From Auanema rhodensis (taxonomy: Eukaryota; Animalia; Nematoda), in the NCBI GenBank assembly GCA_964057225.1, contig OZ059896.1:22506001-22570000 (forward strand): a stretch of DNA of 64,000 nt, given 5' to 3'. The position numbers were made by a program, and so were the translations under genes. The first letter of the stretch is position 1. Every line of letters starts with the position of its first letter. This document shows, piece by piece, positions 55,801 to 64,000 of the stretch. The notes under the pieces are model-generated. The model was not told the DNA's origin. It ran no database searches and saw only the letters and a list, made by a program, of their open reading frames with translations.

Positions 55801-58800
55801 TAATTTTTGTATTAAGCGTTTCTCAATGTAGTATAGTGCATTCGATGCGGATTTTTAAGCTGCGTCGATCTGTGTTATCAGATTTACGCTAGCTTAAAAA
55901 TGCACCGAGATATCAACTGATATAAGTTCACACTTATAGCCTCGATTTTCACCCTGAAGAATTGATTTTTTCGTTGAATAACATTGTCAATCGTTTTTGC
56001 CTTGAAAAAAGAAATCCAAAAACATCTACTTTTTGCTAAATTATTTTGAAATTTTTCGAAAAAATTTTTGTCAAAATGTTTTTGGAAGCAATGTTGATTG
56101 TACATGGAAACTCAACATACACTAATGCATCATTTTTCAAACGATCATAACTAATTTTTTCATTAAGCGTTTCTCAATGTAGTATAGTGCATTCGATGCG
56201 GATTTTTAAGCTGCGTCGATCTGTGTTATCAGATTTGCGCTAGCTTAAAAATGCACCGAGATATCAACTGATATAAGTGCACACTTATATCCTCAATTTT
56301 CACCCTGAAGAATTAATTTTTTCGTAGAATAACATTGTCCATCGTCTTTGCCTTGAAAAAAGGAATCTAAAAACATCTACTTTTTGCTAAATTATTTTGA
56401 AATTTTTCGAAAAAAGTTTTGTCAAAATGTTTTTGGAAGCAATGTTGATTGTACATGGAAACTCAACATACACTAATGCATCATTTTTCAAACGATCATA
56501 ACTAATTTTTTCATTAAGCGTTTCTCAATGTAGTATAGTGCATTCGATGCGGATTTTTAAGCTGCGTCCATCTGTGTTATCAGATTTGCGCTAGCTTAAA
56601 AATGCACCGAGATATCAACTGATATAAGTTCACACTTATATCCTCAATTTTCACCCTGAAGAATTAATTTTTTCGTAGAATAACATTGTCCATCGTCTTT
56701 GCCTTGAAAAAAGGAATCTAAAAACATCTACTTTTTGCTAAATTATTTTGAAATTTTTCGAAAAAAGTTTTGTCAAAATGTTTTTGGAAGCAATGTTGAG
56801 TGTACATGGAAACTCAACATACACTAATGCATCATTTTTCAAACGATCATAACTAATTTTTTCATTAAGCGTTTCTCAATGTAGTATAGTGCATTCGATG
56901 CGGATTTTTAAGCTGCGTCGATCTGTGTTATCAGATTTGCGCTAGCTTAAAAATGCACCGAGATATCAACTGATATAAGTTCACACTTATATCCTCAATT
57001 TTCACCCTGAAGAATTAATTTTTTCGTAGAATAACATTGTCCATCGTCTTTGCCTTGAAAAAAGGAATCTAAAAACATCTACTTTTTGCTAAATTATTTT
57101 GAAATTTTTCGAAAAAATTTTTGTCAAAATGTTTTTGGAAGCAATGTTGAGTGTACATGGAAACTCAACATACACTAATGCATCATTTTTCAAACGATCA
57201 TAACTAATTTTTTCATTAAGCGTTTCTCAATGTAGTATAGTGCATTCGATGCGGATTTTTAAGCTGCGTCGATCTGTGTTATCAGATTTGCGCTATCTTA
57301 AAAATGCACCGAGATATCAATTGATATAAGTTCACACTTATATCCTCGATTTTCACCCTGAAGAATTAATTTTTTCGTTGAATAACTTTGTCCATCGTCT
57401 TTGCTTTGAAAAAAGGAATCTAAAAACATCTACTTTTTGCTAAATTATTTTGAAATTTTTCGAAAAAATTTTTGTCAAAATGTTTTTGGAAGCAATGTTG
57501 AGTGTACATGGAAACTCAACATACACTAATGCATCATTTTTCAAACGATCATAACTAATTTCTGTATTAAGCGTTTCTCAATGTAGTATAGTGCATTCGA
57601 TGCGGATTTTTAAGCTGCGTCGATCTGTGTTATCAGATTTGCGCTAGCTTAAAAATGCACCGAGATATCAACTGATATAAGTTCACACTTATATCCTCGA
57701 TTTTCACCCTGAAGAATTAATTTTTTCGTTGAATAACATTGTCCATCGTCTTTGCCTTAAAAAAAAGGAATCTAAAAACATCTACTTTTTGCTAAATTAT
57801 TCTGAAATTTTTCGAAAAAATTTTTGTCAAAATGTTTTTGGAAGCAATGTTGAGTGTACATGGAAACTCAACATACACTAATGCATCATGTTTCAAACGA
57901 TCATAACTAATTTTTGTATTAAGCGTTTCTCAATGTAGTATAGTGCATTCGATGCGGATTTTTAAGCTGCGTCGATCTGTGTTATCAGATTTACGCTAGC
58001 TTAAAAATGCACCGAGATATCAACTGATATAAGTTCACACTTATATCCTCAATTTTCACCCTGAAGAATTAATTTTTTCGTAGAATAACATTGTCCATCG
58101 TCTTTGCCTTGAAAAAAGGAATCTAAAAACATCTACTTTTTGCTAAATTATTTTGAAATTTTTCGAAAAAAGTTTTGTCAAAATGTTTTTGGAAGCAATG
58201 TTGAGTGTACATGGAAACTCAACATACACTAATGCATCATTTTTCAAACGATCATAACTAATTTTTTCATTAAGCGTTTCTCAATGTAGTATAGTGCATT
58301 CGATGCGGATTTTTAAGCTGCGTCGATCTGTGTTATCAGATTTGCGCTAGCTTAAAAATGCACCGAGATATCAACTGATATAAGTTCACACTTATATCCT
58401 CAATTTTCACCCTGAAGAATTAATTTTTTCGTAGAATAACATTGTCCATCGTCTTTGCCTTGAAAAAAGGAATCTAAAAACATCTACTTTTTGCTAAATT
58501 ATTTTGAAATTTTTCGAAAAAATTTTTGTCAAAATGTTTTTGGAAGCAATGTTGAGTGTACATGGAAACTCAACATACACTAATGCATCATGTTTCAAAC
58601 GATCATAACTAATTTTTGTATTAAGCGTTTCTCAATGTAGTATAGTGCATTCGATGCGGATTTTTAAGCTGCGTCGATCTGTGTTATCAGATTTACGCTA
58701 GCTTAAAAATGCACCGAGATATCAACTGATATAAGTTCACACTTATAGCCTCGATTTTCACCCTGAAGAATTGATTTTTTCGTTGAATAACATTGTCAAT

Positions 58801-61800
58801 CGTTTTTGCCTTGAAAAAAGAAATCCAAAAACATCTACTTTTTGCTAAATTATTTTGAAATTTTTCGAAAAAATTTTTGTCAAAATGTTTTTGGAAGCAA
58901 TGTTGATTGTACATGGAAACTCAACATACACTAATGCATCATTTTTCAAACGATCATAACTAATTTTTTCATTAAGCGTTTCTCAATGTAGTATAGTGCA
59001 TTCGATGCGGATTTTTAAGCTGCGTCGATCTGTGTTATCAGATTTGCGCTAGCTTAAAAATGCACCGAGATATCAACTGATATAAGTGCACACTTATATC
59101 CTCAATTTTCACCCTGAAGAATTAATTTTTTCGTAGAATAACATTGTCCATCGTCTTTGCCTTGAAAAAAGGAATCTAAAAACATCTACTTTTTGCTAAA
59201 TTATCTTGAAATTTTTCGAAAAAATTTTTGTCAAAATGTTTTTGGAAGCAATGTTGAGTGTACATGGAAACTCAACATACACTAATGCATCATTTTTCAA
59301 ACGATCATAACTAATTTCTGTATTAAGCGTTTCTCAATGTAGTATAGTGCATTCGATGCGGATTTTTAAGCTGCGTCGATCTGTGTTATCAGATTTGCGC
59401 TATCTTAAAAATGCACCGAGATATCAATTGATATAAGTTCACACTTATATCCTCGATTTTCACCCTGAAGAATTAATTTTTTCGTTGAATAACTTTGTCC
59501 ATCGTCTTTGCTTTGAAAAAAGGAATCTAAAAACATCTACTTTTTGCTAAATTATTTTGAAATTTTTCGAAAAAATTTTTGTCAAAATGTTTTTGGAAGC
59601 AATGTTGAGTGTACATGGAAACTCAACATACACTAATGCATCATTTTTCAAACGATCATAACTAATTTCTGTATTAAGCGTTTCTCAATGTAGTATAGTG
59701 CATTCGATGCGGATTTTTAAGCTGCGTCGATCTGTGTTATCAGATTTGCGCTAGCTTAAAAATGCACCGAGATATCAACTGATATAAGTTCACACTTATA
59801 TCCTCAATTTTCACCCTGAAGAATTAATTTTTTCGTAGAATAACATTGTCCATCGTCTTTGCCTTGAAAAAAGGAATCTAAAAACATCTACTTTTTGCTA
59901 AATTATTTTGAAATTTTTCGAAAAAAGTTTTGTCAAAATGTTTTTGGAAGCAATGTTGAGTGTACATGGAAACTCAACATACACTAATGCATCATTTTTC
60001 AAACGATCATAACTAATTTTTTCATTAAGCGTTTCTCAATGTAGTATAGTGCATTCGATGCGGATTTTTAAGCTGCGTCGATCTGTGTTATCAGATTTGC
60101 GCTAGCTTAAAAATGCACCGAGATATCAACTGATATAAGTTCACACTTATATCCTCAATTTTCACCCTGAAGAATTAATTTTTTCGTAGAATAACATTGT
60201 CCATCGTCTTTGCCTTGAAAAAAGGAATCTAAAAACATCTACTTTTTGCTAAATTATTTTGAAATTTTTCGAAAAAATTTTTGTCAAAATGTTTTTGGAA
60301 GCAATGTTGAGTGTACATGGAAACTCAACATACACTAATGCATCATGTTTCAAACGATCATAACTAATTTTTGTATTAAGCGTTTCTCAATGTAGTATAG
60401 TGCATTCGATGCGGATTTTTAAGCTGCGTCGATCTGTGTTATCAGATTTACGCTAGCTTAAAAATGCACCGAGATATCAACTGATATAAGTTCACACTTA
60501 TAGCCTCGATTTTCACCCTGAAGAATTGATTTTTTCGTTGAATAACATTGTCAATCGTTTTTGCCTTGAAAAAAGAAATCCAAAAACATCTACTTTTTGC
60601 TAAATTATTTTGAAATTTTTCGAAAAAATTTTTGTCAAAATGTTTTTGGAAGCAATGTTGATTGTACATGGAAACTCAACATACACTAATGCATCATTTT
60701 TCAAACGATCATAACTAATTTTTTCATTAAGCGTTTCTCAATGTAGTATAGTGCATTCGATGCGGATTTTTAAGCTGCGTCGATCTGTGTTATCAGATTT
60801 GCGCTAGCTTAAAAATGCACCGAGATATCAACTGATATAAGTGCACACTTATATCCTCAATTTTCACCCTGAAGAATTATTTTTTTCGTAGAATAACATT
60901 GTCCATCGTCTTTGCCTTGAAAAAAGGAATCTAAAAACATCTACTTTTTGCTAAATTATCTTGAAATTTTTCGAAAAAATTTTTGTCAAAATGTTTTTGG
61001 AAGCAATGTTGAGTGTACATGGAAACTCAACATACACTAATGCATCATTTTTCAAACGATCATAACTAATTTCTGTATTAAGCGTTTCTCAATGTAGTAT
61101 AGTGCATTCGATGCGGATTTTTAAGCTGCGTCGATCTGTGTTATCAGATTTGCGCTATCTTAAAAATGCACCGAGATATCAATTGATATAAGTTCACACT
61201 TATATCCTCGATTTTCACCCTGAAGAATTAATTTTTTCGTTGAATAACTTTGTCCATCGTCTTTGCTTTGAAAAAAGGAATCTAAAAACATCTACTTTTT
61301 GCTAAATTATTTTGAAATTTTTCGAAAAAATTTTTGTCAAAATGTTTTTGGAAGCAATGTTGAGTGTACATGGAAACTCAACATACACTAATGCATCATT
61401 TTTCAAACGATCATAACTAATTTCTGTATTAAGCGTTTCTCAATGTAGTATAGTGCATTCGATGCGGATTTTTAAGCTGCGTCGATCTGTGTTATCAGAT
61501 TTGCGCTAGCTTAAAAATGCACCGAGATATCAACTGATATAAGTTCACACTTATATCCTCGATTTTCACCCTGAAGAATTAATTTTTTCGTTGAATAACA
61601 TTGTCCATCGTCTTTGCCTTAAAAAAAAGGAATCTAAAAACATCTACTTTTTGCTAAATTATTCTGAAATTTTTCGAAAAAATTTTTGTCAAAATGTTTT
61701 TGGAAGCAATGTTGAGTGTACATGGAAACTCAACATACACTAATGCATCATGTTTCAAACGATCATAACTAATTTTTGTATTAAGCGTTTCTCAATGTAG

Positions 61801-64000
61801 TATAGTGCATTCGATGCGGATTTTTAAGCTGCGTCGATCTGTGTTATCAGATTTACGCTAGCTTAAAAATGCACCGAGATATCAACTGATATAAGTTCAC
61901 ACTTATATCCTCAATTTTCACCCTGAAGAATTAATTTTTTCGTAGAATAACATTGTCCATCGTCTTTGCCTTGAAAAAAGGAATCTAAAAACATCTACTT
62001 TTTGCTAAATTATTTTGAAATTTTTCGAAAAAAGTTTTGTCAAAATGTTTTTGGAAGCAATGTTGAGTGTACATGGAAACTCAACATACACTAATGCATC
62101 ATTTTTCAAACGATCATAACTAATTTTTTCATTAAGCGTTTCTCAATGTAGTATAGTGCATTCGATGCGGATTTTTAAGCTGCGTCGATCTGTGTTATCA
62201 GATTTGCGCTAGCTTAAAAATGCACCGAGATATCAACTGATATAAGTTCACACTTATATCCTCAATTTTCACCCTGAAGAATTAATTTTTTCGTAGAATA
62301 ACATTGTCCATCGTCTTTGCCTTGAAAAAAGGAATCTAAAAACATCTACTTTTTGCTAAATTATTTTGAAATTTTTCGAAAAAATTTTTGTCAAAATGTT
62401 TTTGGAAGCAATGTTGAGTGTACATGGAAACTCAACATACACTAATGCATCATGTTTCAAACGATCATAACTAATTTTTGTATTAAGCGTTTCTCAATGT
62501 AGTATAGTGCATTCGATGCGGATTTTTAAGCTGCGTCGATCTGTGTTATCAGATTTACGCTAGCTTAAAAATGCACCGAGATATCAACTGATATAAGTTC
62601 ACACTTATAGCCTCGATTTTCACCCTGAAGAATTGATTTTTTCGTTGAATAACATTGTCAATCGTTTTTGCCTTGAAAAAAGAAATCCAAAAACATCTAC
62701 TTTTTGCTAAATTATTTTGAAATTTTTCGAAAAAATTTTTGTCAAAATGTTTTTGGAAGCAATGTTGATTGTACATGGAAACTCAACATACACTAATGCA
62801 TCATTTTTCAAACGATCATAACTAATTTTTTCATTAAGCGTTTCTCAATGTAGTATAGTGCATTCGATGCGGATTTTTAAGCTGCGTCGATCTGTGTTAT
62901 CAGATTTGCGCTAGCTTAAAAATGCACCGAGATATCAACTGATATAAGTGCACACTTATATCCTCAATTTTCACCCTGAAGAATTAATTTTTTCGTAGAA
63001 TAACATTGTCCATCGTCTTTGCCTTGAAAAAAGGAATCTAAAAACATCTACTTTTTGCTAAATTATCTTGAAATTTTTCGAAAAAATTTTTGTCAAAATG
63101 TTTTTGGAAGCAATGTTGAGTGTACATGGAAACTCAACATACACTAATGCATCATTTTTCAAACGATCATAACTAATTTCTGTATTAAGCGTTTCTCAAT
63201 GTAGTATAGTGCATTCGATGCGGATTTTTAAGCTGCGTCGATCTGTGTTATCAGATTTGCGCTATCTTAAAAATGCACCGAGATATCAATTGATATAAGT
63301 TCACACTTATATCCTCGATTTTCACCCTGAAGAATTAATTTTTTCGTTGAATAACTTTGTCCATCGTCTTTGCTTTGAAAAAAGGAATCTAAAAACATCT
63401 ACTTTTTGCTAAATTATTTTGAAATTTTTCGAAAAAATTTTTGTCAAAATGTTTTTGGAAGCAATGTTGAGTGTACATGGAAACTCAACATACACTAATG
63501 CATCATTTTTCAAACGATCATAACTAATTTCTGTATTAAGCGTTTCTCAATGTAGTATAGTGCATTCGATGCGGATTTTTAAGCTGCGTCGATCTGTGTT
63601 ATCAGATTTGCGCTAGCTTAAAAATGCACCGAGATATCAACTGATATAAGTTCACACTTATATCCTCGATTTTCACCCTGAAGAATTAATTTTTTCGTTG
63701 AATAACATTGTCCATCATCTTTGCCTTAAAAAAAAGGAATCTAAAAACATCTACTTTTTGCTAAATTATTCTGAAATTTTTCGAAAAAATTTTTGTCAAA
63801 ATGTTTTTGGAAGCAATGTTGAGTGTACATGGAAACTCAACATTCACTAATGCATCATGTTTCAAACGATCATAACTAATTTTTGTATTAAGCGTTTCTC
63901 AATGTAGTATAGTGCATTCGATGCGGATTTTTAAGCTGCGTCGATCTGTGTTATCAGATTTACGCTAGCTTAAAAATGCACCGAGATATCAACTGATATA
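49843..64000. repeat. 6-mer higher-order repeat (2107 bp, types A-F) with 4-mer and 5-mer variants
   Basis: A = 352-bp monomer (51598, 53003, 57567, 61429, 63536); B = AAAGTTT; C = CTCAAT/GTAG; D = divergent type (50545, 54057, 55812, 58621, 60376, 62483); E = AGTGCAC; F = GCTATCT/CAATTG/AACTTTG. Spacings of the D-type ORFs (1755, 2107, 2809, 3512) match. Confidence 0.88.

Larger units (their letters stand above)
1..64000. repeat. Tandem satellite DNA array, 351-bp monomer, about 182 copies, head-to-tail, extends beyond both window edges
   Basis: The motif TTAAGCGTTTCTCAATGTAG recurs at 1, 352, 703 ... 3511, 7021, 14041, 21061, 28081, 35101, 42121 and 49141 (exact multiples of 351). Monomers differ by only a few substitutions. 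No inversion or foreign insertion seen. Confidence 0.99.

Noticed and set aside
48511-62776. Seven 73-aa minus-strand ORFs (MYNQHCFQKH...)
   Set aside because: They only mark type-D monomers. The F/K/N-rich composition reflects A/T tracts, and there is no gene context. Useful only as HOR markers.
1-64000. CRISPR array or repeat-spacer system
   Set aside because: There are no unique spacers. The entire 351 bp is repeated and variation is limited to scattered SNPs. No cas genes are present.

Overview
The whole 64 kb window is one uninterrupted head-to-tail tandem satellite array. It holds about 182.3 copies of an AT-rich 351-bp monomer (about 31% GC, hand count of monomer 1), all in the same orientation. 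Monomer n starts at 1+351*(n-1) exactly up to monomer 148 (51598); after that, five 352-bp monomers with one extra A shift the phase. I see no credible genes, RNA genes, transposon insertions or CRISPR spacers, and the ORF-track hits are by-products of monomer SNPs that remove stop codons. The array looks like eukaryotic (peri)centromeric or heterochromatic satellite. CpG is not depleted, which fits an invertebrate host (inference only). Two kinds of hidden structure stand out. (1) Diagnostic SNPs divide the array into successive domains with nested higher-order repeats: 2-mers, 4/6/10-mers, 8- and 17-monomer-offset duplications, a 4/6/14/20 nest, a near-perfect 12-mer tandem duplication and a terminal 6-mer HOR with 4- and 5-mer variants. 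(2) The monomer is a chain of dyad symmetries. Its longest stem shows an apparent compensatory path T-A to T-G to C-G, and several other variants, including two dinucleotide substitutions, extend quasi-palindromes. Monomer typing was done by eye and should be confirmed by alignment.
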